Shown here: piece after piece, positions 26,739 to 40,253 of the stretch
How the letters are laid out: each line of letters opens with the position of its first letter
How positions within the stretch are numbered: the first letter of the stretch is position 1
Origin: Octopus vulgaris
Taxonomy: Eukaryota
Length of the DNA: 64,000 nucleotides
Direction of reading: 5' to 3'
Assembly: GCA_951406725.2 (NCBI GenBank)
Contig: OX597824.1
Location: 48,918,001-48,982,000 of the forward strand
Translations under genes and position numbers: made by a program
Notes under the pieces: model-generated
What the model saw: only the letters and a program-made list of their open reading frames with translations
Told to the model about the DNA's origin: nothing
The model's database searches: none

Positions 26739-27214
26739 ATATACATTTACATATAGGTGCGTGTGTATATATATCCTTTTATACTTTTACTTATTTCAGT
26801 CATTCGACTGCGGCTATCCTGGAGCACCGCCTGGACTGTAGTGTTGCTGTTGTTGTCTTCTTCTTCTTCTTCTTCTTCTTCTTCTTCTTCTTCTTCTTCT
26901 TCTTCTTCTTCTTCTTCTTCTTCCAATCAGGTCTCAGGTCTCACACCATTAGCCACAAAGAATAATCTCTAATTCGAGCCTACTCTAAGCTACTAAGAAT
27001 GCGTGCGGCAACTTGAAGATCCACCCACCACACGCGATGGAATGGGGGTTGCACGGGCGCGAAAGCTACGTTGTTATCCTCATTCTGTAAACGGTAGCTT
27101 TAAACGGGTGGAGAGCTGAACCATCCTGGGGTACAGAGGATTCGTAATCTAGACAAGGGTCTGAAAGTTTACCACACCATAGTGTGTTACACCATGGTTC
27201 CTCTACTTTGTGAC

Positions 27215-27406
27215 AGAAGTAGGAAGAAAGAGTGAAAGAAAGTTGTGGTGAAAGAGTACAGCGGGGTTCATCCCACTCCGACGGAGCCTCGTGGAGCTTA
27301 GGTGTTTTTGCTCAATAAACACTCACAATGCCCAGTCTTGGAATCGAAACCGCGTTCTTACGACCGCGAGTCTGCTGCCCTAACCACTGGGCTATTGGGC
27401 CTCCAC
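27215..27406 (-). mobile_element. SINE family C
   Basis: Homology to 8950-9145 and 60364-60555. Confidence 0.8.
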
Positions 27407-27609
27407 TATGTTGTTGTTGTCGTCACTACTGTAGTTGTGACGTCAGCAGCAGTGGGATCCTTTCTTCTTATGCCGTCTATTGCGTGCAGAAATCACTTAG
27501 ATGTTTAATAAAGGGTTATCAGCAACGAGGGCGATTTTTTTTTTACCGTTTAATCAAAGAGGGAAGGGCAGAACCTTTGATTTATTTTTTTTCCTTTTTT
27601 CCGAAACAG

Positions 27610-27684
27610 GAGAAATGGATGGAATTATACCCAAACCGGATACCCGGCCCGAAGTGGACTCTACTAAAATCACCCAACGACCAG
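27610..27684 (+). CDS. Candidate isolated 75-nt coding exon (EMDGIIPKPDTRPEVDSTKITQRP)
   Basis: Polypyrimidine tract plus acag acceptor, cag|gtaggg donor, length a multiple of 3, open frame, non-repetitive sequence; no recognised homolog. Confidence 0.3.
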
Positions 27685-28011
27685 GTAGGGGGAGTGGGGT
27701 GTTAAACCGGGTGACTGATTAAGCATATCACCCGTAGCAAGATTAAAGGAGCGTCGAACAAGATGCTTTGGGATGTTTAACTACGTTTCATTACATTCTG
27801 TGTTTTAACTCCGCTGGAGACCACAATGTATTTCTATCTTTACGAGGTAGTGGCGGCGGCGGTGGCGGTGGCGGTGGCGGTGGCGGTGATGGTGGGGTTC
27901 AATAAAATAAATGTCAATCAAGTATTAATACACTCGGCTACATTGTGTGGCTTTGTGCTTATGTCAGAAATCAATATAATTATTAGCAGTAGCAGTAGCT
28001 GTGGCAACAGT

Positions 28012-28043
<32 letters not shown>

Positions 28044-28095
28044 TATCATTGTCGTCGTCATCGTTGTCGCCGTCGTCGTCGTCGTCGTCGTCGTC

Positions 28096-28256
<161 letters not shown>

Positions 28257-28879
28257 CAATGTTCTAGGTAAGGAATAGATAGATGTCATGTCCATGCCTT
28301 TCTCGAATGTTGTAGAAGCGTAAATGAAATGTAAAAAGTGGGGAGAGGAGTGGCTTCACTTGAGACTTAAAGTCGCACTGAGGTCTCCTATCACTTGAAG
28401 CCTATACCGTCTTCTTCGGGGCTTGTTATTGTTATCATATACCAATTGAAAAACAATCTGTGGTGACAGGAACAACAAAAAAGGGTCGCCAAAGGACAAA
28501 TGGTGACACTAATTCATATTTTGCTCTAAAACAAAACCAAGAAAATTGTATTCCATATTGGGGTACCCTACGTTACTTCTCTGTTTGTAAGATGAGCGAT
28601 AAAGTCCCATAAATTTGTTTCAGCGATGATGTGTTTCACGAAAAGAATCTTATACACACTGCAAAAGTCGGGTAAACAACCATCTTTTGAAGTTCGGTTA
28701 GAAAACTGTGTCTATAAGCCATGCAAGAGAACTAGATAAACGAGAGCACAAATGATATTGACTTTCATAGATCGACTTCAGTCATGTATCCAAATATTCG
28801 TCAGTTTGGTTTAATGCTGACCATGCCATTATATTCCGAGTAAGGAAATCCTTTTCTGAGCTCAACACATATGTACATA

Positions 28880-29223
28880 GGTGCAGGCGTGGCTGTGTGG
28901 TAAGAAGCTTACTTCCTAACCACATGCTTCCGGGTTCAATCCCACTGCGTGACACTTTGGACAAGTGCTTTTTACTATAGCCTCGGACCGACCAAAGCCT
29001 TTTGACCAGATTTAGTAAACGGAAACTGAAAGAAGCCCTCCCTGTGTACATATGTACATAGGCACTGGAGTGGTTGTGCGATAAGAAGCTTGCTTCCCAA
29101 CTACTTGGTTCCGAGTTCAGTTCCACTGCGTGGCATCTTGGGCAAGTGTCTTCTACTACAGCTTTGGGTCGACCAAAGCTTTGTGAGTGGATTTGGTAGA
29201 CGGAAACTGAAAGGATCCCGTCG

Positions 29224-29290
<67 letters not shown>

Positions 29291-29790
29291 CGCGTGTGTG
29301 TGTACGTGTTTGTGTGTGTATCTGTGTTTGTCCCCCACCCACCCATTATCGCTTGACAACCAATGTTGGTGTGTTTACGTCCCCGTAACTTAGCGGTTCG
29401 GCAAAAGAGACCGGTAGAATAAGTACTAGGCTTACAAAGACTAAGTCCTGGGGTCGATTTGTTCGACTAAAGGCGGTGCTCCAGCATGGCCGCAGTCAGA
29501 TGACTGAAACAAGTAAAATAATAAAAGAATATATATGTATGTTTGTATATATATATATATATGTGTGTTGTGTATGTGTATCTTTGCGTCTATGTTTATC
29601 CCCCACCGGTGCTTAACAACCAGTACTGGTGTGTTTAAGTCCCTTAATATAGCAGTTCGGCAATAAAGAACGATATAATAAGAACTAGGCTGAAAAAATA
29701 AGTCCTGGGATCGATTTGTTAGACTAAATTCCTTCAAGGCGGTGTCATAGCATTGCCGCAGTCAAATCACAGAAACAAGTAAAAGATAAA
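28880..29790 (+). mobile_element. Cluster of SINE family A copies (head, full copy, 3' half)
   Basis: Homology to 7096-7560. Confidence 0.85.
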
Positions 29791-29884
29791 AAATTAAAGA
29801 CAGGTGTTTATTAGGAGTACAGAAAAGGAATGTTGCAATTAACGCAATGCGTTCAAATTAGCATAAAACATATCGTAGATATAT

Positions 29885-30330
29885 TTATTCATTGAAAATA
29901 TAATTACCTTTGTTAGCAATAACATTCTTCCACCTTTAAACCAATGTTCTGATTCCACGAGCTAAAAAAAAATTAGGTTCTTTGGAAGAGTAAAATGTTT
30001 GGAGTGCATTTCAATATCATCCTTCCTTCTGAAAGCTTTTTCTTCTGATAAAGTGTTCAAGTGACCTGAACAAGTGAAAAGTCTGATGGTGCTAAGTTTG
30101 GTAAGTAAGATGTGTGAGGTACAACTTTCCAGCTTAATGGATTTATATTTTCATGATTTATCTCCACTGAATGTGGCCTTGCTTTATCATGTTGCAGGAT
30201 GACTTCTTTTTGTTGTATCCACTCACCTTCTCTATAAACTTTCCCAATCTGACGATTTGTATAATGGACCAAGGTTTATTAAGCCACCGGGATAAATCTC
30301 CAACACTTTGACGCAAGTTCTCTTGTTATA
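29885..30330 (-). mobile_element. Old, internally deleted mariner remnant
   Basis: ILQHDKARPH, VPHTSYLPNLAPSDF and RWKNVIANKGNYI motifs. Confidence 0.8.
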
Positions 30331-31594
30331 TGACGTTAGACTATTTGCTTGCAAATGCAATATGTTTCGGTATGCTTAATAAATTATTCACACACCTTAA
30401 AATATTATCATTTAAGGATTTAGCTTGTAATTCTGTATTTGATCAAAAAGATGAATATGTTTTATCTTCTGTTTTTGTTTTGTTGAATTTTTTTCTCTTG
30501 TCTATGTTTTATTTATTTATTTATTTATTTTGATTTGTTTTATTTCGTTTTGTTATGTTTTTAAACTTTTGCAGAAAGATTCTGTTTCACTTATTTCCCC
30601 ACTTAACATCATTTGTTTCATCTTCCAAGAAAACATTGACTAATTTCTTCTTAGGGTAATCTATTCTTTTGTTTTTCTTAAAGTATGATCATAATGGTAT
30701 TACCGCATCAGTTTCTTAATGGCGTTCGTCTCTTCCTGAATAGCTTCTGAATTATCTCTCTTCGGTTACCTCTTCATTAGCTTCAACAAAGTGCTTCTAA
30801 CTTACATTCAACGTTGCCTGGATCAAATGTAGAAGCAATCTCATTGAATCTATTATGGATATTAGTAGCATTCTCAGAACAAAGTTTGGAATCTTCATTC
30901 ATCTTATATCAGTCAACGGTTCTCATAAGTTGAGAAGATCTCTTTGTGAAACACTTAAGCTCAAACAACTCGAAGCAAACTGAAGACAATGAAGAATAGG
31001 CCCTTGAGTCTTTGATGCTGTTTTACCACTTTTCCCTACAAACGTTGTAATTAATTTAAATATGGTCACTAGCTGGACGATGAAAAGTCCCAAGATGATT
31101 AGTTATAAAAGCTTGTGTTCTTCCATTAAATCACTTAATTATCCACATTTCTCTCCGTAAGCGTATCAAGAGTAAATATAGCACCCTTAAGCATTTTATC
31201 ATATTGAAGACCCCTAGGACTAGCAAAAAGTTATAAACTAGAACATGGTCAAGATTAAAGAAGAGATTATTTTAGGATATATTCATTTTTGACTTCCCGG
31301 CAGAATTATGAAGTTTATAGCAAGTAGTAATAGTTACTGTTAAGTAGTTACTGTTAAGGCAGTCAATTGACAGAGTCGGAAGAGCGTCAAATAGATCAGT
31401 TTGTGGTAATCCTTCCGACTCCCTTTACTCTGAGTTAAAATTAATTTGACCTTTCAATCTTTCGAAGTCGATAAGTAAAGTACAAGTCCTGTGTTGAGAC
31501 CCGTGCCATACTATTTTTTAAAGATTTCGTTTTTAAATAATTAATAAATTTTAATTTAAGTAAATCTTTCCTCAAATATTATGACTAAATCAAG

Positions 31595-31642
<48 letters not shown>

Positions 31643-31680
31643 TTAATATCACATGCTTAATGTATGTGTGTTGTTTGAAC

Positions 31681-32022
31681 GCTTTTAGGTTGCGCTATTT
31701 CGTCCAGGGAAGGTTTCTTTAAAGATGCAGTGTATTAAAAACACAGTGTACTTCAAAGTCAGGCGAAATTAATCGCCCTGGGGGTGGACGAGAATGACAG
31801 ATATCGATATTTCGCAGTTATTTCTGGCCGTTGCTTCCGTACACTGGATTCACCTTCGAATCAAGTATATGGTACCGATGAGCAGAAATAACTGCGAAAT
31901 ATCGATATCTGTCGTTCTCAGCTACTTCCGGGGAGGTTCGTTTCACTTAGCTTTGGGGAGTGCTGTGTATTTTAATACTCTACGTCTTTAAAGGGACGTT
32001 CCCTGGACCACAACCTAAAAGC
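31681..32022 (+). other. ~340-nt rod-like imperfect inverted repeat (hairpin)
   Basis: gcttttaggttg...gattc-accttc-gaatc...caacctaaaagc pairs end to end; near-perfect 37-bp core 31790-31826 / 31883-31919. Confidence 0.9.
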
Positions 32023-32547
32023 ACATCACTATCAGAATGAAAGTTTCAACGCTCTGAGGTATCATTATCTCATGGAGTGATGACTCTGCTTGAGACGTGG
32101 CCCGGGTTCAGCTGGCCCCAGCTGACAGTGTCTAGTATGAGCCCCTATCTAGGGTTACAGATTCCCAGCGAAAACCTTTGAAATATCAGGATTATATCTG
32201 GCGTGTGATAGCTATATCTGACAAGTAGGTGTACGGAAGCCTTAGTTGGCAACCACCTAGAGATGTGACACACTAATGTGGGCACTTGTATGTGTTATTT
32301 TTGAGAGGTGGACTATAATTAATAGCAGCATGGATTCAAATACCTCAGAGTACTATGCTTAATAGTTGACACGTGATATTTCATTCAGCCCCTGCTATAC
32401 CAAGCCCTACTTCGGAACTTGTTCACCTGAATAAAACTAATTAAAAATAGTCGTCTTAAATACTTCTGGAAGAGTCAATATTGTGAAGTGAGATCAAGCT
32501 ACAAATCAGGCTTTGTTAGTCGTGAATTTTATACCTAATAATAATAG

Positions 32548-32790
32548 GATGCAGGCGTGACGGTGTAGTAAGAAGTTTACTTCCCAACCACATGCTTCCG
32601 GATTCAGTTCCACTGCGTGGTACCTTGGGTAAGTGTCTTCCACTATAGCCTCGGGTCCACCAAAGCCTTGTGCGTGGATTTGGTAGGCGGAAACTGAAAG
32701 AAGCCCGTCATATGTATATGTATACATATGTGCATGCATGTGTGTGTGTTTGTCTCCCACCAGCACTGATTGACAACTGGTATTGGTGTG
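32548..32790 (+). mobile_element. SINE family A
   Basis: Homology to 7096-7380. Confidence 0.8.
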
Positions 32791-32970
32791 TTTATGCCTA
32801 CCTAATCTAGAAAAAATGATAAAATATTTTTTCATTTTATGCATAGTAATCTGTAACTTTCATAATTTTATTGATTTAGGTGCATATTTTGCCATAAAAC
32901 GAAAACGTTACTATTTATCTATTCTATTTAAGGTAGGCACTGCCTACCTTGCCTACCTAGGCAGCACGTT

Positions 32971-34245
32971 AAAGGTTTAATGAAAAAATAACAACTAATT
33001 AATCAATAATGTATTCACCCTTTTTGTTTACAACTTCTTCCCAACGTTCAACAAGATTTTCAATACCTCCTTGGTGGACATCCCCCGATTTCGACTCGAA
33101 AAATTTATCCAACCAAGCTCTCATTTCTGCATCAGTATTGAGCAAAACTCCGTGCATAGCAATTGAAAGAGATCAAAAGAGGTGGAAATCCGTTGGTGCC
33201 AAATTAGGAGAGTACGGCGGATGTGGCAGCACTTCTCAGCCATGCGTTTGAATGGCTTCCTTGGTCATATTGACGATATGAGGGCGGGCGTTGTTGTGCA
33301 ACAGAAGAACTCCATGCTGCTGATTACGTCTTTTCTCTTGAATAGCCGTGTTGAGTCGTTCCATCTGTTGAACATAGAGTTCCGCGTTGACTGTTTGGTT
33401 CCGTTCTAGCAATTCGTAATGGATAATCCCTTCCCAGTCCCATTATACGCACAACATCGTTTTACGTGGATGAAAATCTTGTTTCATGCGCGGTGTCGGG
33501 GTTGTTAGGAGAGTATGGCGGATGTGGCAGCACTTCTCAGTGCTGTTTATTGGGGTTAAGCCATTCCTTACACTGCTTCATATTGATGTACAGGCACCAT
33601 TTCTCGTCGCCGGTAATGATTCGGTAAAGAAATCGTTGCTAGTGACTATGAGTTGAGAGATGACGAGCAAGCAAACCAGCGGTGATTGTGGCTCGTTGAT
33701 TTTCGTAGTTGTCACTTAAAGTATGCCCAAGCCATGCTCCATACTTCTGAACCTTTCCCATCGAGTGAAGATGCTTCTTTATAGCAGTGTGGGAGCATTC
33801 CATTTTCTCTGCCAGTTTCCTTGTCGTTTGACGAGAATTTTCGTGCAAAAGTTGGTTTAATCGCTCTTCATCGAACTCAACTGGACGGCCAGAAAGAGGT
33901 GCGTCTTTGAGGTCAAAATTTCCATTTTTGAACTTGGCATACCAATCACGAGCGGTTCTTTCAGCTATGGCACCTTCTCTGTACACAGCACAAATGTCGC
34001 GAGCAGCTTTTGCGTCCTTAGAACCATGATTAAAAGCAAAATGAAGGAGGTGTCGAAAATGCTCATTTTTCTTCATTTTAATGATTTGAAAATAAACAAA
34101 AAATAACTAAAATTAACTAGAAAAAAACAAAATACATTCCAAAAGGATTCAAAAATAGAATTCTCGAAAAAAATAGATTCCAAAATTTAAAAACGCAATA
34201 AATTCCAAAATTTAAAAAAACCGCGTGAAGTTAGTTGCCAACCCA

Positions 34246-34246
<1 letters not shown>
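32971..34246 (-). mobile_element. Near full-length mariner transposon, second family, defective
   Basis: ORF 33639-34076 (HFRHLL..SGRPVEFD..GAWLGH), ITGDEKW and HPPYSPNLAPTDFHLF motifs; TIR ttgggttggcaactaa with TA at 34247-48; other TIR lost. Confidence 0.93.
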
Positions 34247-34278
<32 letters not shown>

Positions 34279-34328
34279 TGTATGTATGTATGTATGTATG
34301 TATGTATGTATGAATGTATGTATGTATG

Positions 34329-34434
<106 letters not shown>

Positions 34435-34658
34435 CACGATGGAGTGCTGAAAAGTTCCTGGCTTTGGGTAAAAAAATATAGGAGGATCAGTTAATTATGA
34501 TTTTATACAACATATTCCCCTCTCAGATTCACACACTTATTGCAGCGATCCTTCAGTTTTCCTAAGCCCTGTAAAAGAACTTAGATGGTTGGGCTTCCAA
34601 CCAAGCCTTTCTCGATATCCTTAAAGCCAGAAACTTTTCAGCACCCCCCCCCCCCGTG
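34435..34658. mobile_element. Mariner-derived MITE
   Basis: TIRs cacg..gtgctgaaaagttcctggcttt / aaagccagaaacttttcagcac..cgtg; internal remnant GKLKDRCNKCVNLRGEYV* on the minus strand. Confidence 0.8.
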
Positions 34659-34725
34659 TTTGTATGTATGTATGTATGTATGTATGTATGTATGTATGTA
34701 TGTATGTATGTATACACTTTTGTAA

Positions 34726-35625
34726 GGTGCAGGCGTGACTGTGTGGTAAGAGGTTTGCTTCGCTTCCCAACCACATGGTTCCGGGTTCGTGGCACCTTGG
34801 GTAGGTGTCTTCTGCTGTAGCCTCATGTTGACCAAAGCCTTGTGAGTGGATTTAATAGATGGAAACTTGACTAAACCTATCGTATATATGTATGTGCTTG
34901 AGTCTGTGTGTTTTTCCCCCCACTCCCACTTGATAACTGGTGTTGGTTTGTTTCCGGCCCTGTAACACAACTGTTCTGCAAAAGAGACCGATAGAATAAG
35001 TAGCAGGTTTTAAAAAAAAGTACTGGGGTCGATTCATTTAACTGATTAAATCTTCAAGGTGGTGCTCCATAACGGCCGCAGTCTAATGACTGTAACAAGT
35101 AAAAGCTAGAAGATGTGCTAGCCCCCACACCACCGCTTGACAGCCGTGTTGGTTTGTTTACGTCTGCGTTACATTAACAGTTCGATTAGAAAAACCAATA
35201 GAATAAGTACCACACTTTAAAAATTCAGTCCTGGGATCGATTTGATCGACTAATCCAGTGTTTCCCCAACTTTTTTCGCGCTGACGTCCCTCTTGGCACC
35301 CGGGCCACATTCATAGTGCCTCCACCTCACTTACTACCACAAACACAAACACAGACCACTTTCTACTGTAAATTCAAAACAACTATATTTCACAAATAAA
35401 ACTTAACCCAATTAATCCATTATTTAGTTGTTTTTACTTCCATTGTCTCCTTTTGGCCACCGTATCATCGCGCCCACTTTCCTTCAACGCCTTCCCCCTT
35501 CCCACTGGATCTTTCCACCACCCCAGAGGGGCAGTACTGCCCACTTTCGGAAGCACTGAACTAAACCCATCAAACTTGTGCCCCAGAATGGCTGTAATCC
35601 AATGACTAAAATAAGTTTAAAAGAG
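34726..35625 (+). mobile_element. SINE family A copies; the second is split by a hAT MITE
   Basis: Family A homology resumes after 35558. Confidence 0.7.
35256..35558. mobile_element. hAT (Charlie-like) MITE nested in a SINE
   Basis: Termini cagtgtttcc / ggaagcactg; degenerate 8-bp flanks gactaatc / aactaaac. Confidence 0.65.
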
Positions 35626-35654
35626 TAAAAGAGCATGAATGAAATCGCGATGTT

Positions 35655-36048
35655 ACAACTGTTGGGGCGAAACATAGAGGGGTCAAACAAGGACAGACAA
35701 AAGGATTACATTGACCCCAGTGTATAACTGGTACTTAATTTATCGACCCCGAAACGATGAAAGGCAAAGACGACCTCGGCGAAATTTGAACTGAGAACGT
35801 AACGGCAGCCGAAATACCTATTTCTTTACTACCCACAAGGGGCTAAACACAGAGAGGACAAACAAGGACAGACAAACGGATTAAGTCGATTACATCAACC
35901 TCCAGTGCGTAACTGGTACTTAGTTTATCGACCCCGAAAGGATGAAAGGTAAAGTCGACCCGGCGGAATTCGAACTCAGAACGTAGCGGCAGACGAAATA
36001 CCGCAAAGCATTTCGCCCGACATGCTAACGATTCTGCCAGCTCGCCGC
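35655..36048 (-). mobile_element. Dimeric SINE family B
   Basis: Two tandem units of the family B body. Confidence 0.85.
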
Positions 36049-36538
36049 CATTGAAACCTCACTACTATCACCTATACTACTACTGCTGCTGCTGCTATTA
36101 CTACTATTCCATCCTTTCACTATAACCGTTATTACCATTACTATTACAACTGCTACTACTGTTAATACAAGTACTACAGCCATCGCTGCAGCTACTTCAA
36201 CTAATTCTGCTAATACCTCTATTACTGTTACCCTTGCTATAACCATTACTATTGCTTTCGTGATCACTGACGAACGTTGTTACCACAAATGCTGCTGCAA
36301 CTATCACTATTATTGCTTCTACTAATTCTAGTAGTAGTAGTAGTAGTACTAGTAGTTGGTAATATTATATTGTTACCTCCTATAACTTCTCAAAATTACC
36401 ACTAAAATCATCTCGACAACGACGTCGACGATCACTACTACTATTACTAGTATTACAATCATCACCACCAACAACAGCAATAATAATAGTAACAATAATA
36501 ACAGCAACGATGATGATGACGACGACGACGACGACGAC

Positions 36539-36589
<51 letters not shown>

Positions 36590-36751
36590 ACTGCTTCTAC
36601 TACTTCCGTTAGAGGATAAACCGAATCCCACCCCACCCCCTGCCACTCCTCCAGTCCTATCTTAAGATCACAACAGATGAAATACGAATTAACGACCTTA
36701 ACCAAAGAAGTGAACCGCTATAAGGTCAATGAGGCAGCTGGTTCAGAACTA

Positions 36752-36818
<67 letters not shown>

Positions 36819-37380
36819 CGTCTCTTTCTCTCTCCTCCTCTACGTCTCTTTTCGTCTCAGCCTCTGCTCTATTTCACTCTCTCTCACCTTCACTACTTCT
36901 CTCTTTACAGTCTCAACTCTTTTTCACTACTTCACTTTTACTCTCTACTTCTCTCTTTACTCTCCTCCTCACTCTCTCTCTCTCTCTCTCAGTTACTCTG
37001 TTTCTTTCAATTCACCATCACTCTTTCGCTCTCTCTCATGTTCGATTCACGCTCACACACGCACACACATACATACACCACACATAAATACATATATACA
37101 AATATACACATGCATTCATACCCACACATTCACAGACTCATGCATGCACACTCATATCTTTTACATACGTGTGTGTATACACACACACACACTACATATT
37201 CACAAACATTTCTATAGTTATTTCTTTCTTTCTCTCTTTTTTCCATTCTCTCTCATTCTTTAAAAGTTCAAGCACATAAACACACGGAGATATACATATA
37301 ACTACCTCACACACACTTATGTCTCTCTCCTTCCCCCTTTCTCTCTCCCCTTCCCTTTCCCTCTCTCTCTTTCTCTCTCC

Positions 37381-37439
<59 letters not shown>

Positions 37440-38019
37440 AGATTCACACTCTCACTGACAGACAAATATTCACTCACGCTGGCAGGTGCACCACACATCC
37501 ACTACAAACGCACGCGCGCGCACACACACACAAACGCGCGCGCTTCACCTTCAAACCTGGCCAACGCATCAATGAGTCTCCCCGAGCTGACATGTTTCAA
37601 AATGAAGAGACAGTAGAGCTCTTGCAGTGACAATGGATGAAGGCCAGTAGGAATAACAAAATGGAGTTGAAGTGAACAGACTATTTTCTTTGCACTCTGT
37701 CGTTCCGTACAAATGATGCACTTAACATGAAGGGCCCATCACTGTATAATGATGTTTGTGACTCTCTCTCTCTCTCTCCCTCTATCTCACTCTCTCTTCC
37801 TCTCACATTCCTTCTCTCTGTAGAAATATATATGGGCGACGACCTGGCAGAATTATAAAAGTATTGACGAAAATGCGTTGTAATATCCCTTCCGATTTGT
37901 TACATTTTGAGTTTGTATACCATTGAGGCCAACTTCGACTTTCTGTTAAGAACTGGACTCGATTGAACTATCAACCCCTCTCCCCTCAAAATTGCGAACT
38001 TTCTACCAAAAGTTGAAAC

Positions 38020-38208
38020 GTTCGCACGCTGAACAAAGTGCTTAGCAGCTTTTCGTCCGCCCTTACGTTCTGAGTTCAAATTCCGATGGGATCGACTCTG
38101 TCTTTCATCTTTTGAGGCCGATGAAATAAGTACCAGTTGAGCACTGGAGTCGATGTAATCGACTTACCCACGTCTCCGAAATTACAGGCCTTGTGGCAAA
38201 TTTTGAAA
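38020..38208 (+). mobile_element. SINE family B
   Basis: Homology to the other family B copies. Confidence 0.75.
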
Positions 38209-38210
38209 CG

Positions 38211-38249
<39 letters not shown>

Positions 38250-38730
38250 GAGTGAGAGAGCAGTGCATGCCATCAAAGTGACACTGGGGTAAAATATACG
38301 AAGCCCAATATACCCATCATGACTACCCGTCTGATAAGGGTACACCAGGCACATGCATCACAACCATATGTGCGCGACATGGTGATCTCATATCAAGATA
38401 AACAGCACATGACCTTGCAGGTGGGGCCCAGTTAGAATTTTCTTCAGGTTGAGTAGCCCATCCCGCTCAAAAGGTCCCTGAATAAGGGTTGTTTAAGGAT
38501 GTTGAAAGAACCACCCATGTTTCCAGAGGTGAATTATTCAAACCCCAAATAATCCCTCTCAACACATGGCTATGATGCTCCCCCACTACTTCTGCTCGTG
38601 ATCAGAGATGCACATATCGTCAGCCACTAAGGGACATGCTCAACTGGTTAAGGTCAAACAACTGACAAGCAAATCTGTGATATTGAGCAGAATATTTGCT
38701 GTAGCCCATCTTTTATACCAAGACAAAACA
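38250..38730 (-). mobile_element. Non-coding retroelement segment embedded in (TAA)n, probably a Dong/R4-type 3'UTR
   Basis: (ATT)n on both flanks; same 3' terminus as 24815-24935; clade assignment is an inference. Confidence 0.6.
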
Positions 38731-38765
38731 ATTATTATTATTATTATTTTTATTACTACTACTAC

Positions 38766-38811
<46 letters not shown>

Positions 38812-38907
38812 GACATCCTTTCAGTTTGTTATCCTAAAGTAGAAATATTGACATTATTCGGCCATGTTCAGACATGCATATTGAATAGGTACCCCAGCGT
38901 TATTAAT

Positions 38908-39070
38908 GATGCAGGTGTGGACATGTAGTTAAGAAGAATGCTTCCCAACCATGTAGTCTTGGGTTCAGTCCTACTGTGCGGTATCTTGGGTATGTGTCTT
39001 CTACTACAGCTTCGGGCCGACTAAACTGAAAGACCAAATTTGATAGACGGAAACTGAAAGAAGCACGTCG
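38908..39070 (+). mobile_element. SINE family A head
   Basis: Homology to 7096-7257. Confidence 0.75.
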
Positions 39071-39111
39071 TATATAATGTGTGCGTGTATATGTGTGTAT
39101 GTGTGTGTGTG

Positions 39112-39194
<83 letters not shown>

Positions 39195-39517
39195 CAGACA
39201 CACATGCGTAAGTATAGCTATTTCTATAGAATCTATAATGGTGAGATAGTCTCACTTCGCACCGGTCTGTATGAACTAATTTTTTTTAATGAGAAAACGG
39301 GAACCATTTGTTACCAAATGGTTAAGACTCAAAAGATACGTAATCGGAAAAGTTATTCGGTCAATGACGTCAAATATTCAAATGACTCCGTTTACTCGCA
39401 TTGGTAATTCAGCTGGCCCTTTAATCTTGTGAAGCGAAAGTTAATCACATCATTATGCTTGCAACGCAAAATATTCTATTTTGATATCATGTTCAGAAGA
39501 ATAACGATGTTCATTTG

Positions 39518-40145
39518 TGTTGTGATGAAATCCTGACACCCCTCTGGGATAGCAAGTGAACTGTCCTAAACCTTATAAAGGCGCATGCATACTGACAGTG
39601 CGAGGTACAGTGTGGTGTATGAGGTCGCATTTGTGTAGGCAGTCGTAGAAGTCGTTGAGAAGAGATATAAGTTTGCTACGTGTTTGTTACTGATTTAGTT
39701 TTTGTAATGTTATAACACTATTACAGTGTAGTCTATATCCAAATTCAAAGGATATAAGAGAGGCGACGAGACATTCGAAACTCACTGTGGACGTTCTTAG
39801 CATGGAAGGCCTATTAGCGTCCGTGGTACAGTTGCAACGGCAACTACAACAGGTTCAACAGCAGCTACTATAAAAACAACAACAAAATCAACAGTTGCTG
39901 GAATTATTTTTGCAAACCAAAAACACTAATTCAATTGAAGAATTTACTTATAGTCCAGAAGAAGGGATTATAAATTTACGACAGGATGCAAAAAAAATTG
40001 AAAAAGATTGTTCAAATATTTACACGTGTCGACCTGTAACAGATAAGAAAAAAGAAAAACAACAGCCAAGACCCAAACCATGCTATGGGTTTAGAGAAAT
40101 ACATTTTAAAAGAAACTGTCCGTTTAAAAATCTAAAATGCTTTGG
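39518..40145 (+). mobile_element. Gypsy (Mag-like) LTR retrotransposon remnant: 5' LTR, PBS and deleted gag
   Basis: LTR starts TGTTGTG; degenerate PBS ggcgacgag at 39762-70; Q-rich gag start at 39802, NSIEEFTYSPEEGI, decayed knuckle CYGFREIHFKRNCPFKNLKCF. Confidence 0.75.
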
Positions 40146-40149
40146 TGCG

Positions 40150-40221
40150 AGTGAGTGGTGTGTGTTGTTATGTATGTATTTTGTTGCATGTACGTGTAAG
40201 TAACACTCACTCGCTCTCTCC

Positions 40222-40253
<32 letters not shown>

